From assembly GCF_001194135.2 (NCBI RefSeq), contig NC_068981.1:170088548-170127664 (forward strand): DNA of 39,117 nt, written 5' to 3'. Source of the DNA: Octopus bimaculoides (taxonomy: Eukaryota). The position numbers were made by a program, and so were the translations under genes. The notes beneath the pieces were generated by a model. That model saw only the letters and a list, made by a program, of their open reading frames with translations, was not told the origin of the DNA and did not search any database. How positions within the stretch are numbered: position 1 is the stretch's first letter; every line of letters begins with the position of its first letter. Shown here in pieces: positions 10,250 to 21,290 of the stretch.

Positions 10250-10890
10250 TGCTCGATGATGAAATCATAAAGCTCAACTGAATAGAAGAAAATCTATTTA
10301 TAGAATACAGACGCCAAGTGAATCTGATACTAAAACCTGAGTTTAATGCGGAAATTAAAAGCGAAGCAATTAACAATTTATTCGCGCTAATGATAATGTA
10401 TAGCTTCAATATTATGAATTGGAAGCTACTTGAAATTGAATATAAAACTGAAAATAATGCAGTACAAAGACACATAAAAGGTTAGAGGCTACAAAGCAAA
10501 CAATCTGACATCTTATATCCACAAAGGAAAACGGTTGCAGGTGGTTAATAAATATAAACGCCAACAGAGAAACGGCTACAATTGAAACAAACCTATATGT
10601 CCAATACAACGCATAAGAACTGGCTTCAAACTGCATATAACTACACAAAGATAGAACTAGGGAGACTACGTGCAGAAATGCAAATGTCAAGAGGGAAACT
10701 AAGACAGGACAATTATCAAGAACCACTGAATATGGTAATACAAAAGAGCTATCAAAAGAATTATAATAACATAAAAACAAATGGAAAATAAAGCAGAAAA
10801 TAGGTGGTCACCATAGAATAATTATATCAAAGCTAACCACTGGTTAGGTCAGAAACTCAGAAATACAGGTTCCTGGCCCATCCCCTCTGT
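10250..10890 (+). mobile_element. R4/Dong-like LINE remnant, post-RT region
   Basis: EYRRQVNLILKPEFNAEIKSEAINNLFALMIMYSFNIMNWKLLEIE matches the recalled EY.RRVR.ILKSELN..NK..AINT.A.PV..YSF.IINW...EI. It is followed by LYPQRK..GG (cf. RLY.PRK.GGRGL). Confidence 0.75.
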
Positions 10891-11169
10891 AATTATCGTT
10901 CAATCAACCTTTGAGTAAAGACATTTTTGCTCGTTTTCGTCCTCGTTTGGCCTCAACAGCCTTTTCATTCCAACTTTTCTTCTTAATTGTTTCACGTTCA
11001 AGATGAAAAGGGAGAGTGTATGGTTTTTGAATGTCATTTTAAATTTCGTTTTTTGTTTTATCAGGTGGGGAAAAGACGTGTTCGTAAGTGGAACACTTTG
11101 AATGATGCACAACTATTACTACAAATTCTGAAACATAAGCAATTCTACAAGGTCGCCACACTACAATAT

Positions 11170-11216
11170 TGATAATCATAACCACCATCAACACCAACAC
11201 CAACACCACCACCACC

Positions 11217-11261
<45 letters not shown>
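11170..11261. repeat. (ACC)n/(ACT)n compound microsatellite
   Basis: Seen directly. Confidence 0.95.
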
Positions 11262-11263
<2 letters not shown>

Positions 11264-12405
11264 CGAGACTTTTGGGGACAGGGCTAGTCGATTACATCGA
11301 CACCAGTGTTTCACTGGTACTTATCTTATCGAACTCAAAAGGATGAAAGGAGCAGTCGACGTCGGCGGAATTTGACCTCAGAACGTAAAGACCAAGGAAA
11401 TGCCGCTAAGCATTTTGACCAGCGTGCTAATGATTCTACTATAGACAGAAGGCCTGAAATTTGTGGGGAGGGGGCTAGTCGATTTACATCGAGCCAAGTG
11501 TTTCACTGGAACTTAATTTATTGACTTAGCAAGGAGGAAGGGGAAAGTCGAGCTCTGCGGAATTTGTCCTCAGAGCGTATAGGCGGACGAAATGCCGCTA
11601 AGCATTTTGCNNNNNNNNNNNNNNNNNNNNNNNNNNNNNNNNNNNNNNNNNNNNNNNNNNNNNNNNNNNNNNNNNNNNNNNNNNNNNNNNNNNNNNNNNN
11701 NNNNNNNNNNNNNNNNNNNNNNNNNNNNNNNNNNNNNNNNNNNNNNNNNNNNNNNNNNNNNNNNNNNNNNNNNNNNNNNNNNNNNNNNCCGCTAAGCATT
11801 TTGACCAGCGTGCTAATGATTCTACTATAGACAGAAGGCCTGATATTTGTGCGGAGGGGGCTAGTCGATTTACATCGAGCCAAGTGTTTCACTGGAACTT
11901 AATTTATTGACTTAGCAAGGAGGAAGGGGAAAGTCGAGCTCTGCGGAATTTGTCCTCAGAGCGTATAGGCGGACGAAATGCCGCTAAGCATTTTGCCCGG
12001 CGTGCTAACAATTCAGTCAGCTCGCTGCCCTAATAGTAATAATAACAATTATAACTTCAAATTTTGGCGCAAGGCCATCAATTTCAAGGAAGTGGCTAAA
12101 ACGATTACATCAATTGCAGCGTTCAACTGGTATTTATTTTATCGACCCCAAATGAATAAAAAGAAACGGTGACCTTGATGTATCTTGAAGTCAATACATA
12201 AAAAGCCGAAGAAATGCTGCTAAGCGTTTTGTCCAACTTGCTAACAATTTTGCCGGCTTACCGGCTTAATAATAATAATTCTTTCTAACATAGGCACAAA
12301 GCCTCAAATTAAGTGGCAAGGAGTACGTCAACTTCATAAACCCCACTGCTCGACTAGTACTTATTTCATTGATTTCAAAATGATGAAAGGAAAATTCGAT
12401 CTCAA
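11262..12405 (-). mobile_element. Head-to-tail cluster of about five SINE family A units (includes a probable assembly duplication around gap 11611-11788)
   Basis: Repeated minus-strand motifs GAAATGCCGCTAAGCATTTTG, CTGGTACTTA..TTATCGAC, AAAGTCGA and GGCCT..AATTT. 11403-11610 is nearly identical to 11789-11996. Confidence 0.85.
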
Positions 12406-12454
12406 TGTTATCATCATCATTATTGATGATGATAATGATGATGATGATGATGAT

Positions 12455-12575
12455 GATGATGATGGTTTGGTTGTGACGCATGTGTCTGGTGGACGAGTAG
12501 TCATGATGGTTATATTAGGCATCATATATTTGTACCCCGATTTCACTTTCATGGCATGCGTTGGTGTCTCACTGA
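12455..12575 (+). mobile_element. Short 3' fragment of repeat family C ending in (AAT)n
   Basis: GGTTGTGACGCATGTG..GAGTAGTCATGATGG..CACTTTCATGGCATGC..TCTCACTGAATAATAAT aligns with 12976-13100. Confidence 0.75.
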
Positions 12576-12599
12576 ATAATAATAATAATAATGATAGCT

Positions 12600-12651
<52 letters not shown>
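12576..12651. repeat. (AAT)n microsatellite
   Basis: Seen directly. Confidence 0.97.
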
Positions 12652-12653
<2 letters not shown>

Positions 12654-12654
12654 G

Positions 12655-13100
12655 ATCCGCTTCAGCAAATTTGCTTGTCAGTTGTTTGTCCTTAACCAGT
12701 TGAGCTTGTCATTTGGTGGCTGACAATATGTGCATCTCTGATCACGAACAGAAGTAGTGAGGGAGCATCATAGCCAAGTGTTGAGAGGAATTCTTTGAGG
12801 TTTGAATAATTCACCTCTGGTGAAAACATGGGTTTTTCGTTCAACATCCTTAAACAACCCCTATTCAAGGATCATTTGAGTGGGATGGGCTACTCAACCG
12901 GAAGGAAATTCTGAGCCCCACCTGCAAAGTCATGCACTGTTTATCTTGGTACGAGATCACCATGTCGCGCACATATGGTTGTGATGCATGTATCTTATGT
13001 ACCCTTATCACACGAGTAGTCATGATGGGTAATGTGGGCTTCGTATATATTACTCCAGTGTCACTTTGGTGGCAGGCACTATTCTCTCACTCAATAATAA
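12655..13100 (+). mobile_element. Repeat family C: ~440-bp non-coding retroelement 3' end (LINE 3' UTR or SINE) with (AAT)n tail
   Basis: Shares its 3' terminus with 12455-12575 and is flanked by (AAT)n on both sides. I recall this sequence as a high-copy Octopus repeat. Confidence 0.65.
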
Positions 13101-13262
13101 TAATAATTTCAAAACAAGACAAAGGAAGTAAAACTGGAAACAATTATTAATGAAATCGTTCGCGGTGCTTAATTTTATTAAACCCAAAAGGATGGCAAGC
13201 AACCGTAACCTCAGCTGAATTGAATAACAATATGTATTTATTTTCCGATGTAGTGATTTTGA

Positions 13263-13650
13263 GTGGAGGCGCAATGGCCCAGTGGTTAGGGCAGCGGACT
13301 CGCGGCCATAGGATCACGGTTTCGATTCCCACACCGGGCGTTGTGAGTGTTTATTGAGCGAAAGCACCTAAAGCTCCACGAGGTTCCGGCAAGGGATGGT
13401 GGCGAACCCTGGTGTACTCTTTCATCACAACTTTCTCTCACTCTTACTTCCTGTTTCTGTTGTGCCTGTAATTCAAAGGGTCAGCCTTGTCACACTGTGT
13501 CACGCTGAATATCCCTGAGAACTACGTTAAGAGTACACGTGTCTGTGGAGTACTCAAACACTTGCACGTTAATTTCACGAGCAGGCTGTTCCGTTGATCG
13601 GATCAACTGCAACCCTCGACTTCGTAGGCGACGGAGTGCCAACAACAACA
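13263..13650 (+). mobile_element. tRNA-derived SINE family B, full length, with (CAA)n tail and TSD
   Basis: A-box TGGCCCAGTGG (13275-13285), B-box-like GGTTTCGATTCCC (13318-13330), tail AACAACAACA. Flanking AGTGATTTTGA (13252-13262) and AGTGATTCTGA (13651-13661) form an 11-bp TSD with 1 mismatch. Confidence 0.9.
13275..13330 (+). promoter_or_regulatory. Internal RNA polymerase III type-2 promoter (A and B boxes) of SINE B
   Basis: TGGCCCAGTGG fits TRGCNNARYGG; GGTTTCGATTCCC approximates GGTTCGANNCC at tRNA-like spacing. Confidence 0.75.
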
Positions 13651-14499
13651 AGTGATTCTGATGATTCTTCGTACCACTAATCCGCTACTAGCTCAGGATG
13701 AATTATAAGTTTGAACATGGAAAATGATTTATCTGTAAAGCGAGTATACATCTAGTATCACTGAATCGAACGTTTTGATGCTACACAAATTCTTATTTTG
13801 TATTATTTCTAATACAAAATACTTTGTATCTTCACTCTGAGTAGTGCATAAAATATGTTACAGTAAAATGCAAAAATGAACATTTCCAACGAAACTTAAA
13901 GAAGAAAGTAATGTGAATATAATTCAAACACACTACGATACTGATTTACTAATTTATTTGTGTTAGAAGTGGTGCTCTTCCGAAGTGTCAGCACTTTACA
14001 AATAGGCCTATCTCATACTCAGAATGTCCAACAAAATAAAACTACAATAAAAGGTAACAAGATACGAAAGCTCAATAAGTTGAAGTCGTTCACGCAAATT
14101 AAACTTTCTTTGTATATCTACAAAACAGTAACACCACGAAGAGAATTACGAATTATGTAGAATAACAAACAATATTGTAAATCATAATTCCGACACATTA
14201 GCTTAAGAACGAAAATGCAGAATGAAAAATAGAAATATTACAGAAACTCTTACTGAACAACTCTAAGAAAATTTGCACGCTGAAAATAAGATAGTAACAT
14301 ACAAGACACACAAGAGATAAGATCCAACAAACCAATGAAATCTCAACATATTCTTCTACATATGATACATATAAGCTTACTCAAAGAAAAATAAAACAAC
14401 GGAAAAGAAACGAGCTCACATAAAATAAATAAGTCCTCAAACAAAAGCACAATGAAAATAACACACTATACATCACTCGCAAAAATAATCGTCTTTGCT

Positions 14500-16830
14500 G
14501 CAAAAGAAAAAACAGAAAAAGGAAAACACCAAAAAGCCTAAATTATGATGCAGATCACACAATTTTTGATGAAAACAACCAAGCGAACATCCAGTCATGA
14601 TAACAATATACCATTGATTCTACACTCAACATTAAACAGATTAAACCATGCATCACAACAGATTAAACAAGGAAAAATTTATGAGAACCAATAATATGCG
14701 CCCATAAAATCAATAAATATTGACGGACGGAAATGCCTGCCCAACCTACATGTACATCCTCCCTGCAGAAGAATAACATATCGCAATAACAGTGCACAAG
14801 AAATGCTGTCTGTAGAAAGAAACCTGAATATTAACAAGTTGAATGTAACATTATTATGTTCAGTTACCGAAATAGTGTCCAGGATAAGTGGACTTAATCC
14901 TTTATATCAAGGGCCTCATTAGAGATCCTCTCCAAAAGAAATGAACGCAAAAAGTATGCCAAATAACTTAAAGGGATAAAAATATAAGAAATATTACCTT
15001 TTCTCAATGCTCCTCACGTGAGCCGGTACGAAATATATCAATTAGAAGAGAAGGCATCCTAGAAATAAAATCATTAAGGATAAGCGTCTTTCAGAAGATA
15101 CTTATCTTGTAAGTGACAATGTATTAAAAACATGTACTAAAATATTTTACAGAGACATAAAAATAAAAAAAAACGGAAATCCATGATAGAGGACTGGCTG
15201 GCACATCAATATCATCAAAAATGCAAGCATATTGATAGAAAGTATCAAACGAAGACATTCACTTCAATAAAATGGCAAAATAGATCAAAAGGAATAGAGA
15301 CGAGGACTAAAATTGCTAGCATGTCTCAGCATAACTAATAAGTTCGGTGACACGATGCAAACTGAAAGCAAACGGATAGTCACCGGGATATTTTCTGAAA
15401 TATCTAACCTAAGCAGTCTTCTTGAATATATGCAACATTCAATGAATTAGTAAAAACCAGGCTTAACAAACATAATTACTACAAGTTGATCAAAAAACGC
15501 CAAAGACTTTTCAAACTAAACACCTATAAATTATTCAGCAACAAGATACAAAGCACAACTATAAGCTTCGGTGAGATGACTGCCCACTGGGAAACCAATA
15601 ACATTTTGGGAAGAGGCTCTCAAGATGTTACAGAAACAGATGGTTTAGTAGCCGTTGATGGTAAATCTGGTAATTATACAACATAGGAATAGGTGGAGAA
15701 ATATAACTCAGTATGTCTTGGAATGATTACCAAAAAGAAAAAAAGTCCCCTTTCATAGCCCACCCCATTCTTGTATATTGAAAATCTCACATATACTTTT
15801 ACGGTTTAATTATTAATACAATACATCAAATATGCAATATGAAAAGCGAAAAAAATTAGAAAAAGAAATCACTTCAGAACTACACTCAATACCAGAAATG
15901 AAATAATGGTAATGAATACATTTACTATAACAATAATAAAGCACATTTTTAATAAAGTATAAAGTACATTTTCAATAGGATTTTCGCAATCATAAAGTAC
16001 ATTTTCAATAATAATAATTGTAAGTTCACTGAACTGAAAACCTATCTGAGAAGGAAAACAGGATAACTCCCCACTACTTTCCAAATCCATTAAATAAAAC
16101 CGATATAGATAGGATATACCTAACCCACAAACAGGGAGAACGTGCGTGACACAAACGGGAAAATATTACAAAGTAACAACAGACGCTATAGAAAAATACT
16201 TAAAAGCAATTAAAAGGAAATCGATTAGTGTAATGCTGGAAACTGAGGGTAAAAAAAACCCAACAGTTTTACTGTATATGTAAGAAAACAACAAAGCACG
16301 AATCAGAAGCTAATTATACTGAACAAAAAAGGTTTAGATGACGATAAAAGAACAGAAAAAGGTGAAAATATAAAACAAAAGATAAAATCAAAGTAGAGAC
16401 TAACCGAAGACAAAAATTAAGGAAAATGTATCAATGTCATCAATATCCTCAAAGACTCGACGGAGAGGAAGTAAGCTAGCGTGAAGTCCAACAATAGCTC
16501 CAAAGCGCTGTCCTAAAACCAGAAACGGACGGTCTTATTTTAGATGGACAGAATCAATACCAAGCCATAAAAAAACTCAAACAAAATCTCAAATCAAAGT
16601 AATGACACAAAAGACTAACATCGAATATAGGCTATACGTTCAACATACAATACAACTAACAACGTCATTACCGGTTGCCCAGTTTTTTGTACAAAAACAT
16701 TGCATGGAAAGAGATGAAACTTTATCAAAAGATAACAACAGGATTTAGTAAGTTCTGAGGTGTAAAGATAACTTCGCTAGTAACAACAATAACCTGAGGA
16801 GGCATATTAAAGAATAACGTAAGCAAAAGA
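14500..16830 (+). mobile_element. Long degenerate R4/Dong-like LINE, most of RT missing or unrecognisable
   Basis: Collinear frameshifted motifs: QRLFKLNTYKLF (about 15500); KTDIDRIYLTHKQG (about 16105; cf. KADIDRLY.PRK.GG); YKVTTDAIEKYL; LKPETDGLILDGQNQ (about 16513; cf. LK.ETEG.I.AAQDQ); YRLYVQH..NNVITGCPV (cf. CRLC....E...HI.SGCP.L). The 5' boundary is uncertain. Confidence 0.65.
15937..16010 (+). repeat. Three direct copies of an 18-mer TAAAGTACATTTTCAATA
   Basis: Copies at 15937-15954 (2 mismatches), 15960-15977 and 15993-16010. Confidence 0.8.
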
Positions 16831-16974
16831 CTAAAACCAATACTAGGGTTTAAATCTTATCATTATCGAAAAATAACCCTGCATGGAGTAGAAAAGATTC
16901 AAGACGGGTTCAGCTTAGTAGCACAGCTCAAATAGTAAGTGATATTCTTAACATATATCACACAACCGATTTTC

Positions 16975-17190
16975 GAAATCGATTCAAAGTTTGCCACAAG
17001 GCCAGCAATGCTTTGGTGTGGGAGACAGCAGAATACACCAACTGCTGTGCTCAACAGGTATTTATTTTATCGACCCCCAAATGGAAGAAAGGCAAAGTTG
17101 ACCTTAGTGGAATTTAAGCTCAGAACGTAAAGAGCCGGAAAATATGCTGCTATTTTTCCCGACGCGCTAATGATCCTGCGATCCTATTGC
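16975..17190 (-). mobile_element. SINE family A, diverged copy
   Basis: TTTTATCGACCCCCAAATGGAAGAAAGGCAAAGTTGACCTTAGTGGAATTTAAGCTCAGAACGTAAAG is the reverse complement of the core and B-box. Confidence 0.82.
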
Positions 17191-17789
17191 TTTAGCAGTA
17201 TTTCAAAATAAAACATACACATCACATATTTTTTATACAACTGTTAGCTAAAATGTCGTACAGTTTATATCCTACACAATTTCCACCCAATAGTTAAATT
17301 TCAATTATAAAATCATAAAATCAAACGGAATCATTATAAAAGAACACAACTCCGAAGTCACATATTCTACACTACGGACAAAATTTTAATGCAATTCTAA
17401 GCCGACAACAAAGCAAGGATATTGACACATATAACTCCACCTTCAGACCTTCGAAATTGTGTGCTGTGCTGCACACATTTTAAGAATTCAATGGTGTAAC
17501 ATACGGTGCAGTAAAATGGTCTCATCACATTGTTTAAAATGTAATACTAAAACATAAAAATAAAATAAAAGCTTTTTAAAAGATTTTTGCTGATCTACAA
17601 GACTAAAGTCCCTCAATTGAAACAAGGACTGTAAATGATATTTAAGGCTGAATCTCTGCAACAAGAGCATGAATATNNNNNNNNNNNNNNNNNNNNNNNN
17701 NNNNNNNNNNNNNNNNNNNNNNNNNNNNNNNNNNNNNNNNNNNNNNNNNNNNNNNNNNNNNNNNNNNNNNNNNNNNNNNNNNNNNNNNN

Positions 17790-17831
<42 letters not shown>

Positions 17832-18226
17832 TGTGAGTGAAACTCTGTTGTTGGATCTACCTTAAATGTGTAGATGGCGTGGCAAGGTGGCTAAACTATG
17901 TATGGTCATCATTCAGGTTCATATTAAAGCGAGTGCCAGTCATTTTTGTACTGCTAATTCATTCTCCCTGGTCGGTGGTTACATTTGTAATTGCCATGGG
18001 CTGACCTTCATGAATTCACACGGTCATTCAGTTGGCGAGCTTGCATGTACATATACATCATTCTATATCGATATACATATATCCACACACGTATGCACGC
18101 ATACATGCTCTCATATATATATACATATAGGCATACGTACTTGAATATAAGCCTCTACCAGGGCGTATATAAACCGACAAGGTGAGTTGAGTTTAACTCT
18201 AGGCGCCGAGTGAGAGTCACTGACGA

Positions 18227-18298
18227 GCCTTAATCACTGGTTATCTGGCTAAGCCCGGATGCTGTAGGAAGCTTGCCTCCCTTGTCAGTCATTAAGGT
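18227..18298 (+). ncRNA. Candidate 72-nt hairpin (pre-miRNA-like geometry)
   Basis: Arms 18227-18254 and 18271-18298 pair at 22 of 28 ungapped positions (including 5 G-U), with a 16-nt loop. No expression evidence. Confidence 0.25.
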
Positions 18299-18384
18299 AA
18301 ATGCTTTCTAGTTAAATAGCTTTAACTCCTATTTCTAGCAATACTAGTGATGATTAGTGCCCTAAGTCACTTTAGCCACGTATA

Positions 18385-18423
18385 TGTGTGCGTGCATGCG
18401 TGTGTGTGAGTGTGTGTGTGTGT

Positions 18424-18470
<47 letters not shown>
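18385..18470. repeat. (GT)n microsatellite
   Basis: Seen directly. Confidence 0.96.
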
Positions 18471-18472
<2 letters not shown>

Positions 18473-20629
18473 ATGAAAACATCAACAACATACTGGCCAA
18501 CTATCCCACATATATAGATTAGAGTTCATCGAGAGAGATAACAACGTGGTTATTTATATAAAATGAAATTATGTAACATGATGAAAATTTTAGTTGTGGA
18601 GAGAAAAGAATAATGCAAGTACCGAAACAGTGCAAATTATTTTATTGAAATTGATAGGAGCAAACATCCTCAATATTGTAATAAAACATTAGGTATTCAG
18701 TTACTGTACACATATTGATCCGGTATTCTCAACTGACAACAACTTTTAAATAATGTAAGATGAAAATGATTACAAATCTCAAGTAGTAAGAAGAGAAATA
18801 TCGATAGACCATCAAGAATTTATGTAAATAACTGAGGGTTGGAAGCAGTGATGGGTAAGTCAAATAAGACTAACGAAATCATCTCATCTGAAATATGCAT
18901 CTGGAGACTGTAGGGACTGGGAAACAATCCCATTCTGCCGTATATTTTTCATTTAAAATTATAGTGATTGAAGCAAAAATGAAGCCTTCCTTTGTATCCG
19001 CTTTTTTTTTTAACTTTGAGAGACTTTTATAGAACCCAGTACATTGCTTAGCACACACACACATACTCCCCCAACCACACTCTCCCTCTCTCTCACTTTC
19101 TCTCTCACACGCATACAAGCACACGCATACACACACACACACACTCACATATGCATTTACATATGTAACGGATGCAGTAGTGATTAGTATTGGTAACAAG
19201 TTAGTGAAAACCTCGTTGAACAGTAAGATATGCACCAAATGAATTGACAGAAGGAAAAAGTAACTTCTTATAGATTTTATGTATCCATCACAGTTTGTCT
19301 TGTAGCAACCGGCTGTTTCGCAGTGGTAAAGGGTTAATAATGACCACAAGGCTCGCGCAACTTTAAAAGTAATATTTACACTAGATGTAGGATCTATGAA
19401 ATGATAGACGTGCAACATTTAAGGGCTAAAAACGAACTGTCTAAGTAACATTACACGGTGTGCTATTCAATCCAATGGTGACTGCTACGCCTTTGATCAT
19501 TGTCGGGTCAACAAACTAAGGTCGAACCATATAACAACTGGGAATCCTATAGACTATGCTCTCCACCCTAGTGTTTGTCATATATCTCAATTTAGAGGCT
19601 GAAAAAACACGACTTCCTAAGTTAGGATATCTATTTTCCTCATCCAAGAGAGTGAGGGTGTCTATGAGCTGTATCAAAATTAATGGACAGACGAAAGGAA
19701 AGGACGAAATTGTCTGCAGAAAAGAAATCTAACGCGAATTCTGAAAAGAGAACGACACGGAAGAGATATGGCAATCTTAAACCGGACGACGGTTGACGTT
19801 TATAATAATATATATAAAGAAAAAAAGACACAGGAAATAACTCTCCACAGACTTTGAAACCGTTTCTATTTACTACATTTAATTAATAAAACATTGATTG
19901 ATCCGATGCTTAATAAAAATTTATTTGATCCGAAGGCACTTGGAATCGAAACCAACAATATGTTATCACGAAGTGACACCTTAACTATACAGCCCTGTCA
20001 ATTTTATATATTAAACAGTCAGGAACTCAGTGATTTACTACGTAGCATTCGGTAAACAAAGTTTGTTGTGAATACGTGAGATACGTTGAACATCATATAT
20101 GCAGGAGTATACGGATTCTATAGAATGAATCGTGCATATTTAATTTTAGGAATCACTACAAAAGTTCTTCGTATTTCATTAAGACTATAGAATATTACTG
20201 AAACATGATCCTTATGAGACAGAACAAGATCAGAGGTAAATATTCTAAACGGACATTCAACAGAATTAAATATAAAGTATCGGTTTCGCTAAATGCAATT
20301 TAGCTGAAATTTAATATTGAAAAGTTTGTAAAAATTGTGAGAAACTATATTCCCAAAAGTACTAGCACATGATTAAACTTGTTACCTTTCAATTTATTTA
20401 CGTAAGTAATGAAACATTTAAAAATCTTTGAATACATCTACTTCCAGCACTATTTGAACGTATATCTGTAAGTGCATTGTAACACTTGTGCTTCATTAAT
20501 TTCAGCCCTTCTACTTCCTCTGAACCTAATTAGCATATTGATTTATGTAAAATATTTTGACAGAGATAAAATTCTATATACACATACAAGGAAACACATT
20601 GGTATACGTGATACAAACATGCGTATGTT

Positions 20630-20779
20630 TGCCTATCTATCTATCTATCTATCTATCCATCTATCTATTTGTATGTATATATGAATGTTTGTATAAAAGC
20701 AATACAGAATACAAAAAGAAACACTATGTGATTCCTCATTTTCTCACATTTTCTCTCTCTCCTCCTCCCTCTCTTTATG

Positions 20780-20835
<56 letters not shown>
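20630..20835. repeat. (CTAT)n, (CT)n, (TA)n and (GT)n microsatellite cluster
   Basis: Seen directly. Confidence 0.9.
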
Positions 20836-20839
<4 letters not shown>

Positions 20840-21114
20840 ATATGTGCATCTGTGAGTGTTTGTTGCGCGAGCATATCTGTGTAATATATTTTCTAAAGTA
20901 TATTTGCATGCATTGCAGAGGTCATCCTCATCTACTGGTGAGTGGAATATATGATGTGGTTTTGGTTTCTGTTTGAGACTGGATTAATTTCATTTTATTC
21001 AACACCCCTCACATCTTGTGGAAATATAAAACACCATGATCATAATTTATTTAGCCTCTTTATGAAAATTCACTTCTCAGACGAAAAAAACAGGTAAACA
21101 CCAGAATATTTTCA

Positions 21115-21290
21115 CGGCGTGTAGCCAAGTGATTCCATAGTAAGGTTCAAGATCATAATTACCTAAATTCGATTCTTGGACTGGGAAGTGCATTTCATTT
21201 TTGAACAACGCACTATATTTCTCATTGCGTCGGTAAACTCGTGGTAACCCAGTGCTGGTGGTGACCTGTTAAGGAAGGAAAAGATATGTG
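21115..21290 (+). mobile_element. Highly degenerate tRNA-derived SINE
   Basis: GGCGTGTAGCCAAGTG head, TTCGATTCTTGGACTGGG B-box-like segment, TTGAACAACGCACT..TTTCTCATTGC resembling a TTGAGCAAGGCACTT-type body. Confidence 0.45.

Noticed and set aside
13263-13335. tRNA gene
   Set aside because: A and B boxes are present, but there is no closing acceptor stem and the sequence continues into a SINE body with a tail and TSD.
14100-15000. Second Penelope GIY-YIG fragment
   Set aside because: The initial impression was not supported by any clean motif. The region fits better as the 5' part of the adjacent R4-like element or as unassignable.
17860-17930. Paralogue of the 18227 hairpin (both begin CCTTAA and end TTAA.G)
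   Set aside because: Pairing is weak and asymmetric, and the internal sequences are unrelated.
18219-18270. CTGACGA hammerhead core start
   Set aside because: No GAAA follows at a closing stem II. Other CTGATGA/CTGAAGA hits (5468, 9509, 13658, 36795) also lack the motif.
18272-18296. Loose resemblance of the hairpin 3' arm (TGCC...TCAGTCA) to a recalled mollusc miRNA (miR-1985)
   Set aside because: The seed region differs and the comparison is from memory, so no family name is assigned.
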